64,000 nucleotides of DNA. Source: an uncultured Alphaproteobacteria bacterium. Its GTDB lineage: Bacteria > Pseudomonadota > Alphaproteobacteria > Acetobacterales > Acetobacteraceae. This document shows, piece by piece, positions 35,240-46,057 of the stretch. The position numbers were made by a program, and so were the translations under genes. How positions within the stretch are numbered: position 1 is the first letter of the stretch; each line of letters opens with the position of its first letter. The notes beneath the pieces were generated by a model. The model was not told the origin of the DNA and did not search any database. It saw only the letters and a list, made by a program, of their open reading frames with translations. The stretch spans positions 214,329 to 278,328 of the forward strand of contig CAWCYL010000006.1 of assembly GCA_963799825.1 (NCBI GenBank). The letters are read 5' to 3'.

Positions 35240-36104
35240 TCACGGCCCGATCTCGTCGAGCCGCTTGTCCCATAGCCGCAGGCCGCCGGTGATGCCGGCT
35301 TCGTTGGAGACGATCTGCACGCTCTTGGGCAGCTTCAGATCGACGTGCTTGGCGTTGCCGCCGCCGATGTACAGCGTGTCGAACGTCACCAGGGTCTCGA
35401 GCGCGGAAATCGCGCGTCTCGACGTGGCGGTTCCATTTCTTGCGGCCAATCCGCTCCAGCACCGCATTGCCGAGATACTCGTCGTAGGTGCGCTTGCCGC
35501 GCGCGATGTGCTGGCCGACCTCCAGATGCGGCGCGAGCCGGCCCTCGTCGAACAGGGCGAAGCCGAAGCCGGTGCCGAGCGTGATGACGCATTCGAGGCC
35601 GGTATCGGTGATGACCCCGAGCCCCTGGACCGAGGCGTCGTTGAGCAGCCGTACCGGGCGGCCGAGCCGGCGCGCCAGCTCCTGCGCCAGCGGGAAGCCG
35701 TGCCACGCCTGGGTGCCGAGATTGGGCGCGGTGTAGACGCGGCCGTGGCGCACCACGCCGGGGAAGCCCATGCTCACGCGGTCGAAGGCGCCGAGCGGGC
35801 CGATGATGCCGATGAGCCCGGCGATCACCGCCTCGGGCGTCGCCGGATCGGGGGTGTTGACCCGCGACGGCCCGGCCACGAACACCCCCGCCGTGTTGAG
35901 CACGCCGGCCTTGAGGCGCGTCCCTCCGACGTCGATCGCCAGGGTGAGCGGGTCGTCCGACTTGGCTGCCACGCTGGCACCAATCCGGCCGGCCGGGGGA
36001 AGTTCCCCGGCCACCTCCCCGCCGCCAGCCTCGCCACCGGGCGCGGGGCGGCTCGACTTCGTCAGCGCGACCGATCCCGGCGGGCCGGCCTTAGGTGACG
36101 GCAC
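35240..36104 (-). CDS. ROK-family kinase (polyphosphate glucokinase-like); one frame change near 35415
   Basis: LTLAIDVGGTRLKAGVL...MGFPGVVRHGRVYTAPNLG...LLNDASVQGLG...ITLGTGFGFALF, then ...TFDTLYIGGGNAKHVDLKLPKSVQIVSNEAGITGG (ORF 35240..35467). An alternative start is GTG at 35972. Confidence 0.8.
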
Positions 36105-36447
36105 GCAGTTCGCGGGCCGCGGCGGGAGAGACGACGTGGCGCGCCTGCGCCGCGGCTTCCTTCACGATGCCGCGCAGCTCGCGCAGGAAGCCGAGGCCGG
36201 TCTGCGTGCGCTGCACCAGGATGCTGCGCCGGTCCAGCGGATCGTCCTTGCGGCGGACCAGGTCGAACTCCACCAGGCGGTCCAGCGCGCGGGTGACGGC
36301 GGGCTTGGAAATGTTGAGCTTGGCGGCGAGGCCGCGCACGGTCTGCGCCTCGCTCTCGAGATAGCAAATGAGGAACGTGGCGAGCTGGCGGGCGGTGAGG
36401 TCAGGGCCCTCCCGGCGGACCAGCTCGGTGATGGAATGGCGCAGCAT
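36091..36447 (-). CDS. MarR-family transcriptional regulator
   Basis: LTARQLATFLICYLESEAQTVRGLAAKLNISKPAVTRALDRLVEFDLVRRKDDPLDRRSILVQRTQTG is a winged-HTH pattern. The start could lie upstream of the ATG at 36447. Confidence 0.85.
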   Translation of the reverse strand: MLRHSITELVRREGPDLTARQLATFLICYLESEAQTVRGLAAKLNISKPAVTRALDRLVEFDLVRRKDDPLDRRSILVQRTQTGLGFLRELRGIVKEAAAQARHVVSPAAARELRAVT

Positions 36448-36677
36448 CCCGAGCAGCTGTTCGTTGGATTTCAGAAGCGGCCATGAGATTTCTCCATTGC
36501 CCGGGCGGCGGCCATCCGTCGTCGGGCTGAGCCGGAAACTTAACCGAAGTTGTTGCCTACCGCAATCCATTTCGCCATGTGGTTGATAGCGGGCACGAAT
36601 AGTTTCTGGATCACGCGAACCCACCTGCAACCGGCCGCGGGACCGCCACTCCGCGCATCCGGCGGGGTTTCCCGGCG

Positions 36678-37001
36678 CTAGCGCGCGATCGGCGCGAAGG
36701 CGGCCGGGGTCATCAGCTTATTCTCCTGCTTGATGAGCGCGCCGAGCTCGCCGCTTTTTTGCAGATAGGTCTGCCACTCCGGGTCGGCCATCATCGCGGC
36801 GCGCCGCGCGGCGCGGTCGGCGGCGTCCTGGTAGACCCAGATATGGACGTAGGTGTTGAGCTCGCCCGATTCGGTGACGAGATAGGCGAGCGGCTTTCCC
36901 AAATGGCGCTGCTGCGGCTTGAGGCCGTACTCCTCGTAGAGCTTGAGGTGCTTGCCCATCGTGCCCGGCTTCAGCGTGTAGGTGCGGTGGTCCAGCAGCA
37001 T
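36678..37001 (-). CDS. NIPSNAP-family protein
   Basis: MLLDHRTYTLKPGTMGKHLKLYEEYGLKPQQRHLGKPLAYLVTESGELNTYVHIWVYQDAADRAARRAAMMADPEWQTYL; intact, 107 aa. Confidence 0.85.
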   Translation of the reverse strand: MLLDHRTYTLKPGTMGKHLKLYEEYGLKPQQRHLGKPLAYLVTESGELNTYVHIWVYQDAADRAARRAAMMADPEWQTYLQKSGELGALIKQENKLMTPAAFAPIAR

Positions 37002-37072
37002 GAGTTCGGTTCCCCTTCGATGAGCGCCGCGACGCTCGCGGCGGGGCAGTTGAGCACGGAACGCGGCGAGCG

Positions 37073-38262
37073 TCAGCCCAGCAGGGCGCCCCAGGCGGCA
37101 CCGCCCAGCACCACCAGCCAGGGCGCCACGCGCCATGCCGTCAGCAGGACGAAGGCGGTCAGCGCGAGGGCGAAATCGGCCGGGCGGATGGATCGCGCTG
37201 GTCCAGACCGGGGTGTAGAGCGCGGCGAGCAGCAGCCCGACCACGGCGGCGTTGACCCCGCGCAGCGCCGCGCGCACGCCGGCGCGCCGGCGCAGCGCGT
37301 CCCAGAACGGCAGCGCGCCGAGCAGCAGCAGGAACGACGGGAGGAAGATCGCCACGAGGCAGACGAGGCCGCCGAGCCAGCCGTTCGGCGCCGGGCGCAT
37401 CACCGCGCCGAGATAGGCGGCGAAGGTGGAGAGCGGGCCGGGCAGCGCCTGCGCCGCGCCGTAGCCGGCGAGGAACAGATCGTTGGGCACCCAGCCGGGC
37501 GGCACCACGGCGCGTTGCAGCAGCGGCAGGATGACGTGGCCGCCGCCGAACACCAGCGCGCCGGCGCGGTAGAAGCCGCTGACCAGAGCGACCAGATGGC
37601 TGCCGGTCGCGACGGCGAGCGCCGGCAGGCCGAACAGCAGCGCGAAGAAGCCGCCCAAGGCCGCGATCGACAGGCCGCGCGGGATACGCAGCGCCAGTGC
37701 GACGTGCTCCGGCGCCGCCTCGGCGCGGCAGCAGCAGCCGCCCCACGACCGCGCCCAGCACGATCGCGCCGATCTGCCCGGCGGCACTCGGCAGCAGCAG
37801 CGCGATCAGGGCGGCGGCGAGGGCGAGGGTGACGCGCGGGCGGTCCGGGCAGAGCGTGCGCGCCATGCTCCACACCGCGCCGGCGACCACCGCGACGGCG
37901 ACGATCTTGAGCCCGTGCAGCCACCCCGCCTGCCCCGGATCGCCCAGCGCGCCGAGCCCGTAGGCGAACCCGACCATCAGCAGCGCGGAGGGCAGCGGTG
38001 AAGCCGAGCCAGGCCGCCGCCGGCACCGGACAGGCCGCCGCGCGTCATGCCGATCGCGATGCCGACCTGGCTGCTGGCGGGGCCGGGGAGGAACTGGCAG
38101 AGCGCGACGATGTCGGCGAAGGCGGGCTCGCTCAGCCAGCCCCGGCGCGCGACGAACTCGGCGCGGAAATAGCCGAGATGCGCCACCGGCCCGCCGAAGC
38201 TGGTGCAGCCGAGGCGAAGGAAGACCAGGAAAAGTTTCCAACGAAATGGTGGCCGCAGGCAC
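37073..38262 (-). pseudogene. chrA: chromate transporter ChrA; about 4 frame changes as sequenced
   Basis: FRWKLFLVFLRLGCTSFGGPVAHLGYFRAEFVARRGWLSEPAFADIVALCQFLPGPASSQVG. The second half reads YRAGALVFGGGHVILPLLQRAVVPPGWVPNDLFLAGYGAAQALPGPLSTFAAYLG, with the tail ...WLVVLGGAAWGALLG* (stop at 37073). The pieces lie in ORFs 37977..38186, 37159..38262 and 36678..37787. Confidence 0.85.
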
Positions 38263-38279
38263 CGGCCGCCGCGCCCGCC

Positions 38280-38501
38280 TCAGACGAAACCGGCGAGCGT
38301 GAGCAGCCGCCAGCCGATCAGGCCCAGCATCAGCGCGAGATGCGCCTGCAGCAGCAGCAGCGAGATCTTCACCGAGCGGGTGAGCGGCATCCGGCCGAGA
38401 TCGGCGCGGAACAGTTTTTCTTCCGGCGCGTCGTCGAGCGGATGGACCACCGGTGCGGCGCGGGAGCGGAGCAGCCTGGGGTCGAACATGGTGTCGGACA
38501 T
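38280..38501 (-). CDS. hypothetical small membrane protein (73 aa)
   Basis: MSDTMFDPRLL...SVKISLLLLQAHLALMLGLIGWRLLTLAGFV, with one C-terminal TM segment and high GC3. It lies between mntH and chrA. Confidence 0.45.
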   Translation of the reverse strand: MSDTMFDPRLLRSRAAPVVHPLDDAPEEKLFRADLGRMPLTRSVKISLLLLQAHLALMLGLIGWRLLTLAGFV

Positions 38502-38518
38502 GACGGGACTCCGCTTCG

Positions 38519-39905
38519 TCAGGACAGCGAGGGAAACAGGCCGGGCAGCAGCACCTGGGCGGCGAGCACCAGGGAGAGGGCGAACAGCACCGCGATCACC
38601 GTCCAGTTCACCCGGTTGTTCCAGGGCCGGTTGGCGAAGCGCGGGCCGAGCAGCGCGCGGTCGTTCAGCAGCAATTGCAGGAACACCAGCGCGGAGGGCA
38701 GCATCACGCCCGACAGCACCTGCACGCCGATGATGATGCTCTGCAACGGTGCGCTGCGGGATCAGCACCAGCCCGGCGGCGAGCGCGACGGAGGCGGCGT
38801 AGATCGCGTAGAACGCCGGCGCCTCGCTGATCCGCGACTGCAGGGTGATGCGCCAGCCCATCACCTCGCCGCAGGCCCAGGCCGAGGAGAGCGAGATCGC
38901 GGTGGCGCCGAGCAGGGCGGCGTTGACCATCATCAGCAGGATGAGCGTCCGCCCGAGCCGGCCGATCGACGGCACCAGCGCCTCGGCCATCTGCGCGGGG
39001 TCGGTGTAGGCGCCGCCCTGCCGGTGCAGCGCGTCGCCCACCAGCATCATGCAGGCCGGCGAACACCACGACGGCGACGGCGCCAAGGAAGGTGTCGAGC
39101 CGGGCCAGTCGCAGATCGGCGAAGCGCAGCCGCTTGTCGGCGACGCAGCTCTGCTGGAAGAACAACTGCCACGGCGCGATGGTGGTGCCGACCAGGGCGA
39201 TCGCCATGAACACGAACTCGCCGGTGATGCCGCCCGCCGGCACGCTCGGCAGCACCGACCCGCGCACGATGTCGGCGGCACTCGGGCCGACCTGCCAGGC
39301 GAGGAACAGCCAGGCGAGGTTGAGGCCGCAGAGTGCGAGGGTCATGCGCTCCCAGCGACGATAGCTGCCGGTGCCGACCAGCACGACCAGGCCGATCGGC
39401 GGCGAGCGGCACGGCGAGCTCGGGGGCGATGCCGAGCGGGCGGGCGGCCAGCGCCACGGCGGCGAACTCGGAGACCAGGGTGACGAAGTTCACCACCACC
39501 AGGTCGACCAGCGAGAAGCGGCCCCAGAAGCGGCCGAAACGCTGGTAGATCATCGCCGCGTGGCCTTGGCCGGTGGCGATGCCGAGCCGGGCGACCATCT
39601 CCTGGACGAGATAGGTGACGGGCAGCAGCAGCACGAGGATCCACAGCAGGCGAGGTGCCGTACTGCGCGCCGGCCTGGGTGTAGGTGGAGACGGCGCCGG
39701 CGTCGTTGTCGGCTACCATGACGATCAGGCCCGGCCCGGCGACCACCAGGAAATGCAGCGCGCGGAGCCGCCAGGTGCGGCCCGACCCGATCGCCGGCAC
39801 GGCGCCGGGCGGCACGGGCACGGCGATCGCGGCCTCGCCCGCCGCCGCGCCGGTCATGGCGGCGGGCGAGACGGCATTCGGGGGGGAGCGGGTCGCGAAC
39901 TCCAT
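38519..39905 (-). pseudogene. mntH: NRAMP-family divalent metal (Mn2+/Fe2+) transporter MntH; about 4 frame changes as sequenced
   Basis: GPGLIVMVADNDAGAVSTYTQAGAQYG, LLLPVTYLVQEMVARLGIATGQGHAAMI, ALVGTTIAPWQLFFQQS, LILLMMVNAALLGATAISLSSAWA and IIIGVQVLSGVMLPSALVFLQLLLND are spread over ORFs 39342..39905, 39047..39634, 38704..39384, 38280..39281 and 38519..38746. Confidence 0.88.
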
Positions 39906-40247
39906 CCGTCATCCTCGTCCGTCGATCCCGGACGGCAAGGAGACGGCTGGGTCTCCTGTTACGTCCGGTCCTGTTTCACGCCTGGTCCGGACCGTGGGGT
40001 CCGGCAGCGACTAGGGCCGTCATCCATCAATTCGATTCCATTGTGGTGGGCAGCGGAACGGGTTCCGCCGCACGCAGGGCAAGACGCGCCACGCCAGCGA
40101 TGGTTGCGGGGGCGGTGGTTGCGGGGCACGCTGGGTTCTCGGTCATCGCGGCACCTCGGGAACTCCCACGACTTCGATCTAGCGTTCCGCGCGAGGCGGA
40201 TCAAGGGCCGCGTGATGCAACCGCTGGGCAATTTTCCCCACGTCTCG

Positions 40248-40996
40248 TCACGGGATAAAAAGCTTGACGAGGATCGCCAGCACCAGCGGATGAAGGGTGC
40301 CCACCATCCATTTCAGCACCGCCATGTCGGGCTGCAACCCAGACCACGGCACCCCGCGAGGGCGGCGCGGCGTCAGTCCGGCCAGAGCGGGGGCGGCCAC
40401 GGGGGCAGGCAAGGCGGCCCGGCCGCAATGGTCGTGCGCCGCCGGGGCGGCGCGGTGGCCGGCAATTTGGGCGGCCTCGCCCGCTCCGGTCGCGCCAAGC
40501 GCGGTCGCGGCGAGCGGGGCGGCTTGGGCCGCTTGGGCGGCAGGCGCAGCACCTCGGGCAGCGGATCGGGGGTCAGCTTGCGCCACAGCGGCCGCAGCAG
40601 CCGCCCCGCCTGCGGCGTCGCCGCCAGCAGCGCCCGCATCTCGGGATCGTCCACCAGCTCGCGCAGCGGGGCGACAAAATGCACCAGATAATACCGCAGC
40701 AGCACCGGCCCGCGCGGAATGCCGGGCGGCCGGCGCACTGTCCTCGGGCGGTCCGATACCGGCTGGCGCGTGGCGCCACGGTCCGAGGCCGGGGCGAGCG
40801 TCCCGGCCGCGAAGCGCGCATGAAGGATGGCGAGACGCCGCATCGTGCGCCCGAGATAGTTCCACAACGGCACCGCCATCGCCGCCAGCGCGTGCTCCCG
40901 CGGCCGGATACCCTCGGTCATCGCCCGCTTCAGCGCCTCGATGAAGCGGGAGAAGCGGTGGATCACGCCGATCGGGGGCGGGGCGTCGTCAGGCAT
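40248..40996 (-). CDS. hypothetical proline/arginine-rich protein with a C-terminal TM segment; one frame change near 40385
   Basis: MPDDAPPPIGVIHRFSRFIEALKRAMTEGIRPREHALAAMAVPLWNYLGRTMRRLAILHARFAAG... (ORF 40373..40996). The tail ...MAVLKWMVGTLHPLVLAILVKLFIP is in ORF 40248..40865. Confidence 0.45.
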
Positions 40997-41094
40997 CGTC
41001 GGTGTATAGCGTTAGTTAGGAGGAATGTCAATAGATTCTGAGTTGATGACGGCGGGAGGCGGGGGCGAGACTCTGCGCCGCGTCCCGATCGGGC

Positions 41095-41129
41095 AAGAAA
41101 AAGGCGGCGGGGGGAACCCCGCCGCCTTT
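41095..41129 (-). terminator. Rho-independent terminator downstream of the porin gene
   Basis: A 13-bp perfect stem AAAGGCGGCGGGG/CCCCGCCGCCTTT (41100-41112 / 41117-41129) with a 4-nt loop. It is followed on the minus strand by TTTTTCTT. Confidence 0.8.
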
Positions 41130-41154
41130 CCGGCGCGAGCCGGGAGACGGGCGA

Positions 41155-42858
41155 TTACCAGGTCAGCTGCGCGCCGAGCATGATGCCCGAGGCCGTGACC
41201 TTGTTGTGCAGGCAGGCCGCCGTCGCGCCGGGGGCACCGCTCGGGCCGCAGCCGAAGGTGTTCGCCGCGTTCGCCGGATAGGAGACCTGGGTGGTCAGGA
41301 AGTCGTTGCCGTTCTGCGCCCGCTCGCCCCAGATGTAGGTCAGGTTGAGCGCGAAGCCCGGAGCCACCGAGTAGGTGCCGCCGACCGCGATGCCGGTCTC
41401 ACGCCGCTGACCGACCGACGGCAGCGCGCCGGAGAGGGTGCCGTCGGGGTTGAAGGCCGGGCCGGAGTTGGCCGCCGACCAGACGCGGAAGATGTGCGCG
41501 CCGGCGACGAACGGCCCGTAGGTGTAGGAGCCGCCGAACTCGACCGCGACCTCGTCCGAGCCGCCCTTCGGTGCCTGCGTCCAGCTGCCGGCGCCGTTCT
41601 TGCGGCCGCCCTGCGCCATCGCGCCGATGGTCAGGCCGCCATAGGTCACCTGCGCTCCGCCCGCGCCGACGCTCAGGCCGTCGAGCTGCTGGTGCGCGGC
41701 CACCATGTTGTCGCCCACCGTGCCGCTGCCGATGTAGTCGACATAGGCCGCGAAGCCGACCGGACCGAACAGGCCACGGTAGCGGGCGCCGATGTCGTAG
41801 GTGTTGCGGCGCCGCGCGATGTCGCCAGTGGTCGTCGAGATGAGCTGTGCGCAACCCGCGCCCGCGACGCCCGGACCGTTGGCGATATAGGGGCCGCCGG
41901 CGGTGCCGAGGTTCGGCGCGTTGCAGCCCTGGTTGGCCGCGGCGCCGTTGGCGCCGGCGGTGGTCGGCTCGAACGACGCACCGAAGTCGAACCCGGCGAA
42001 GGCCGGCGAGAGGTAGACGATCTTCTGGGTCGAGTAGAGGTTGCCGCCGTCGGCGAACGGCCAGTAGATCCAGAGCTGGGTCGGCAGGTAGGCCGCGGCG
42101 CTGCCGTTCCAGCCGCCGTCGCCAAAGTTCTCGTTGTTGCCGACCATGAACAGGTCGGACGGGCCGTCGGTCTCGCCGAAGCGGACCATGCCGAGCCTGT
42201 CGGCGCCCACATAGCCCCAGGCACGGCGGACGTAGAGGATGCCGTCGCGCGCCGAGTTGGCCGAGATGCTGCCGCCGCTGCCGTTGCCGGCGGGGTAGTT
42301 GCCGTCCTGACGGATCTCGACGCCGGCGCCGTATTTCAGGCCGTTCGCGGCGATGCCGTCAAAGCCCGGATACAGGCGGAAATACGAGTAGATGCCGTAA
42401 TTGCCGTTCTTGTTGGTCTGCGGGTTTCCCACGACGACCGAGACGTTCTGGTTCGGGCCGCTCGGACGGAAGCCGAGCTGCGTCGCCTGCGCCGCGGTGC
42501 CGAAGAACTGCGGAAAGATCTGCGGCCCGCCCTGCAGGGTGGAGATGCCGGCGATGGTCACCGCGGTCTGCGAGGGGGAAAAGCCCTGGACGAAAGGAAC
42601 TTCCGAGGCGGTCCCGGTCTGCGGATTGTAGTAGTAGGTGCCGTTCGCGTTGCCGACGCTGAGGATGCCGCCCTGGCTGTAGACACGGCCGTTGAGGCGG
42701 ACCACCAAGGTGCCCGGCGCCTGCACCGGGCCCGTCGCGGTGCCGCCGAAGGCGCTGACGGTGGATTGTCCCGAATCGTCGGCTTGCTGCGCGTACGCGG
42801 CGCCATAGCCTGTGGTCACGCCAAGTGCCGCCACGGTGGCCAGCAGGAGCTTACGCAT
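41155..42858 (-). CDS. outer-membrane porin
   Basis: Intact 567-aa ORF. Signal peptide MRKLLLATVAALGVTTGYGAAYAQQ, a Gly/Tyr/Asn-rich beta-strand composition, and a C-terminal ...GIMLGAQLTW. Confidence 0.85.
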   Translation of the reverse strand: MRKLLLATVAALGVTTGYGAAYAQQADDSGQSTVSAFGGTATGPVQAPGTLVVRLNGRVYSQGGILSVGNANGTYYYNPQTGTASEVPFVQGFSPSQTAVTIAGISTLQGGPQIFPQFFGTAAQATQLGFRPSGPNQNVSVVVGNPQTNKNGNYGIYSYFRLYPGFDGIAANGLKYGAGVEIRQDGNYPAGNGSGGSISANSARDGILYVRRAWGYVGADRLGMVRFGETDGPSDLFMVGNNENFGDGGWNGSAAAYLPTQLWIYWPFADGGNLYSTQKIVYLSPAFAGFDFGASFEPTTAGANGAAANQGCNAPNLGTAGGPYIANGPGVAGAGCAQLISTTTGDIARRRNTYDIGARYRGLFGPVGFAAYVDYIGSGTVGDNMVAAHQQLDGLSVGAGGAQVTYGGLTIGAMAQGGRKNGAGSWTQAPKGGSDEVAVEFGGSYTYGPFVAGAHIFRVWSAANSGPAFNPDGTLSGALPSVGQRRETGIAVGGTYSVAPGFALNLTYIWGERAQNGNDFLTTQVSYPANAANTFGCGPSGAPGATAACLHNKVTASGIMLGAQLTW

Positions 42859-43097
42859 CTATTCCTCCTCATATCACCGGGGCGACCCCGGCGGGACGTT
42901 TGCAGGCCCCGCCCCGTTGACCCACGGGCGCGCCGCCAACTCGGGCGGACGCGCCCCCCACGGGCGGGAGCAGCCAGACCTGATGAGGAGTATTGCGAGG
43001 ACGCTCACGATCCCGCAACAGCCAGGACAGGTTCGGCGCGGCATTTCCGAAACACTGTGGCGAACGCGACACAGGGGCGCTGTGGCACCGCTCCCCA

Positions 43098-43187
43098 CCG
43101 TCATGGCCGGGCTTGTCCCGGCCATCCACACCTACTCCGGGCGACACCGCGAGGCGTGGATGCCCGGAACAAGTCCGGGCATGACGG
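43098..43187. repeat. REP-like compound palindromic intergenic element
   Basis: CCGTCATGGCCGGGCTTGTCCCGGCCATCCA (43098-43128) and TGGATGCCCGGAACAAGTCCGGGCATGACGG (43157-43187). Each arm is itself a hairpin, and the two arms are near-inverted copies of each other. The element translates to the spurious MAGLVPAIH-type peptides common in alphaproteobacterial intergenic repeats. Confidence 0.7.
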
Positions 43188-43233
43188 TGGATGCACTGCT
43201 TGACGCGAGCGGCGCGCGGATCAAGGTCACGCC

Positions 43234-43911
43234 ATGTCCGACGCTCATGACAACGCCATCGCCCAAAACCTGTGCCGCGTCATGGAGCGGATCGGCGCCG
43301 CCGCCATCCGGGCGGGGCGGCGGCCGGAGGAGGTGAGCCTGGTCGCGGTCTCCAAGACCAAGCCGGCCGAGGCGGTACGGGCGGCACTCGCCGCCGGGCA
43401 GCTGGTGTTCGGGGAGAACCGGGTGCAGGAGGCCGCCGGCAAGTTCCCCCGGCTGCGCGAAGCATTCCCGGCGCTGCGGCTGCACGTCATCGGCGGGCTG
43501 CAGACCAACAAGGCGCGCGACGCGGTGCGGCTCGCCGACGTGATCGAGACGCTCGACCGCCCTCGCCTGGCCGACGCGATCGCCGCCGCCGTCGCGCGCG
43601 AGGGCCGCGCGCCCACCCTGCTCATCGAGGTCAACACCGGGGCCGAGCCGCAGAAGAGCGGGGTCGCGCGGGACGAGGCAGACCGCTTCATCGAGGATTG
43701 CCGCGCCCGCTTCGGCGCCGCCCTGGCCGGGCTGATGTGCGTCCCCCCGGCCGGGGAGGATCCCGCGCCGCACTTCGCCTGGCTCGCCGAGTGCGCCGCG
43801 CGGCATGGGCTCGGCGTGCTCTCGATGGGCATGTCCGCCGACTTCGAGACCGCAATCGCCCACGGCGCCACCCATGTCCGCGTCGGCTCGGCGATCTTCG
43901 GCGCCCGGTAG
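43234..43911 (+). CDS. yggS: YggS-family pyridoxal-phosphate homeostasis protein
   Basis: Intact 225-aa ORF with [34 protein letters not shown]...[12 protein letters not shown]...[28 protein letters not shown]. Confidence 0.93.
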   Translation: MSDAHDNAIAQNLCRVMERIGAAAIRAGRRPEEVSLVAVSKTKPAEAVRAALAAGQLVFGENRVQEAAGKFPRLREAFPALRLHVIGGLQTNKARDAVRLADVIETLDRPRLADAIAAAVAREGRAPTLLIEVNTGAEPQKSGVARDEADRFIEDCRARFGAALAGLMCVPPAGEDPAPHFAWLAECAARHGLGVLSMGMSADFETAIAHGATHVRVGSAIFGAR

Positions 43912-44036
43912 GCGAGGGGGCGATCTTCCGCGCCGGGGCGGCGTTCTTGCACCGCGGCAGCCGGGCGCGTAAGGCTCCGGCGCGATGGAAGCCCGGGCGC
44001 CGGGCGCAGGCGCAGAGATACCTCGATGAGCGCGAC

Positions 44037-45929
44037 ATGAGCGTGGCCGCCTCCGCCGATCCGGTCCGTCGCCCCGCGCCCAATCTCGGCGTGCTGCTCG
44101 CCGTGCTCGGCGTGGTCTACGGCGACATCGGCACCAGCCCGCTCTACGCCTTCAAGGCGAGCCTCGGGATGTTCGGCGACGTGCCGGTGAGCACCGTCGA
44201 GATCATGGGCATCCTGTCGCTGATCTTCTGGTCGCTCATCCTGATCGTGACGATCAAGTACGTCGTGCTCATCATGCGCGCGGACAACAAGGGCGAGGGC
44301 GGCATCCTCGCCCTGATGGCGCTGGCGCAGCGCGTCTCGGTGGGCGCCCTGATCAAGCGCGTGCTGAGCCTCGTCGGCATCGCCGGGGCCTGCCTGTTCT
44401 TCGGCGACGGCGTGATCACCCCGGCGATCTCGGTGCTCTCGGCGGTCGAGGGGCTCGAGGTCTCGGCACCCGACCTCCACCAATACGTGCTGCCGATCGC
44501 GGCGGTGGTGATCCTGGCGCTGTTCACCTTGCAGTTCCGCGGCACCGCCAGCATCGGGCGGGTGTTCGGCCCGGTGATGGCGCTGTGGTTCCTCGCCATC
44601 GGCCTGCTCGGCCTGGTCGAGATCCTGATGCACCCCTTCGTGCTGCTCGCGGTCTCGCCCGGCTACGCCGTGGCGCTGTGCGTCCAGTACAAGATGCTGG
44701 CCTTCGTCGTGCTCGGCGCGGTCGTGCTCTGCGTCACCGGCGCCGAGGCGCTGTATGCTGACATGGGGCATTTCGGTGCGCAGCCGATCCGGCTCAGCTG
44801 GACGTTCTTCGTGTTGCCTTGCCTGTTGCTCAACTATTTCGGCCAGGGCGCGCTCACGCTCACCGACCCGGCCGCCACGGTGAACCCGTTCTTCCTGCTC
44901 ACGCCGGGCTGGCTGCAGCTGCCGATGGTCGTGCTGGCGACCGTCGCCGCCGTGATCGCCAGCCAGTCGATGATCTCGGGCGCCTACTCGATGGCGCGGC
45001 AATGTATGCAGCTCGGCTTCCTGCCGCGCCTGACGGTGCGCCACACCAGCATCACCGAGGAGGGGCAGATCTATCTGCCGCAGGTGAATGCGGCGCTCCT
45101 GGTGGGCGTGCTGGTCCTGGTGTTCGCCTTCAAGACCTCCGACAACCTCGCCGCCGCCTACGGCATCGCCGTCACCGGCACCTTCCTCTGCACCACGGTC
45201 CTGGCGGTGGTGGTGTTCCGCCGCCAGTTCGGCTGGCCGCGGGTGGTGGCGCTGGCGGTGTTCGGCTTCTTCTTCATGGTGGACTTCGTGTTCTTCGCGG
45301 CCAACGCGCTGAAGGTGCCCGAGGGCGGCTGGGTGCCGCTGATCCTCGGCCTGGCACTGATGGGGCTGATGACCTCGTGGAAGCGCGGGCGCGACCTCTT
45401 GCTGGCGCGCTGGAAGCAGGACAGCCTGCCGCTCGCCTCCTTCCTCGCCCGCCTACCGCAGTCGCGCACCGTGCGGGTGCCGGGGATGGCGGTGTTCCTC
45501 ACCGGCAACCCGGACTACGTGCCCACCGCGCTGCTGCACAACCTCAAGCACAACAAGGTGCTGCACGAGCGGGTGCTGTTCGTCACGGTGGAAAACCTCG
45601 ACGTGCCGGAGGCCAAGGGCGAGCGGCGCAGCGAGGTGCACGAGCTCGCCCCCGGCATCCACCGCGTGATCCTGCGCTACGGCTTCATGGAGAGCCCCAA
45701 CATCCCCCGCGCCCTCGAGGGTCTGCGCGAGCGCGGTGTGGCGTTCGACACCATGCAGGCGAGCTATTTCCTCGGCCGCGAGGTGCTGGTCCCGGCGATG
45801 GTGCCGAAGATGCCGATCTGGCGGCTGTGGCTGTTCCTGGTGATGGCGCGCAACGCGGTGCCCGCCACCGAGTTCTTCCGCATTCCGGGCGACCGCGTGG
45901 TCGAGCTCGGGGTGCGCGTCGCGATCTGA
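44037..45929 (+). CDS. kup: potassium transporter Kup
   Basis: [10 protein letters not shown]...[17 protein letters not shown]...[18 protein letters not shown]...[18 protein letters not shown]; intact for 630 codons. The upstream part of ORF 43272..45929 overlaps yggS and is not coding. Confidence 0.95.
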   Translation: MSVAASADPVRRPAPNLGVLLAVLGVVYGDIGTSPLYAFKASLGMFGDVPVSTVEIMGILSLIFWSLILIVTIKYVVLIMRADNKGEGGILALMALAQRVSVGALIKRVLSLVGIAGACLFFGDGVITPAISVLSAVEGLEVSAPDLHQYVLPIAAVVILALFTLQFRGTASIGRVFGPVMALWFLAIGLLGLVEILMHPFVLLAVSPGYAVALCVQYKMLAFVVLGAVVLCVTGAEALYADMGHFGAQPIRLSWTFFVLPCLLLNYFGQGALTLTDPAATVNPFFLLTPGWLQLPMVVLATVAAVIASQSMISGAYSMARQCMQLGFLPRLTVRHTSITEEGQIYLPQVNAALLVGVLVLVFAFKTSDNLAAAYGIAVTGTFLCTTVLAVVVFRRQFGWPRVVALAVFGFFFMVDFVFFAANALKVPEGGWVPLILGLALMGLMTSWKRGRDLLLARWKQDSLPLASFLARLPQSRTVRVPGMAVFLTGNPDYVPTALLHNLKHNKVLHERVLFVTVENLDVPEAKGERRSEVHELAPGIHRVILRYGFMESPNIPRALEGLRERGVAFDTMQASYFLGREVLVPAMVPKMPIWRLWLFLVMARNAVPATEFFRIPGDRVVELGVRVAI

Positions 45930-46057
45930 CGCCCCGCTACCCCGGCGCGATCCAGCACTCGGCGGCGCCGGCGCACGGCCGAGCTTGGCGGAATCGCAAC
46001 ACTCGGGCTAGACATCGCCGATCGTGCCTCGGCACATTCGCCCTCAGAGGGTCGTCC

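Noticed and set aside
43272-44036. 5' extension of the kup ORF back to 43272.
   Set aside because: It overlaps the intact yggS gene in another frame and is Arg/Gly/Pro-rich. The conserved Kup N-terminus begins at the ATG at 44037.
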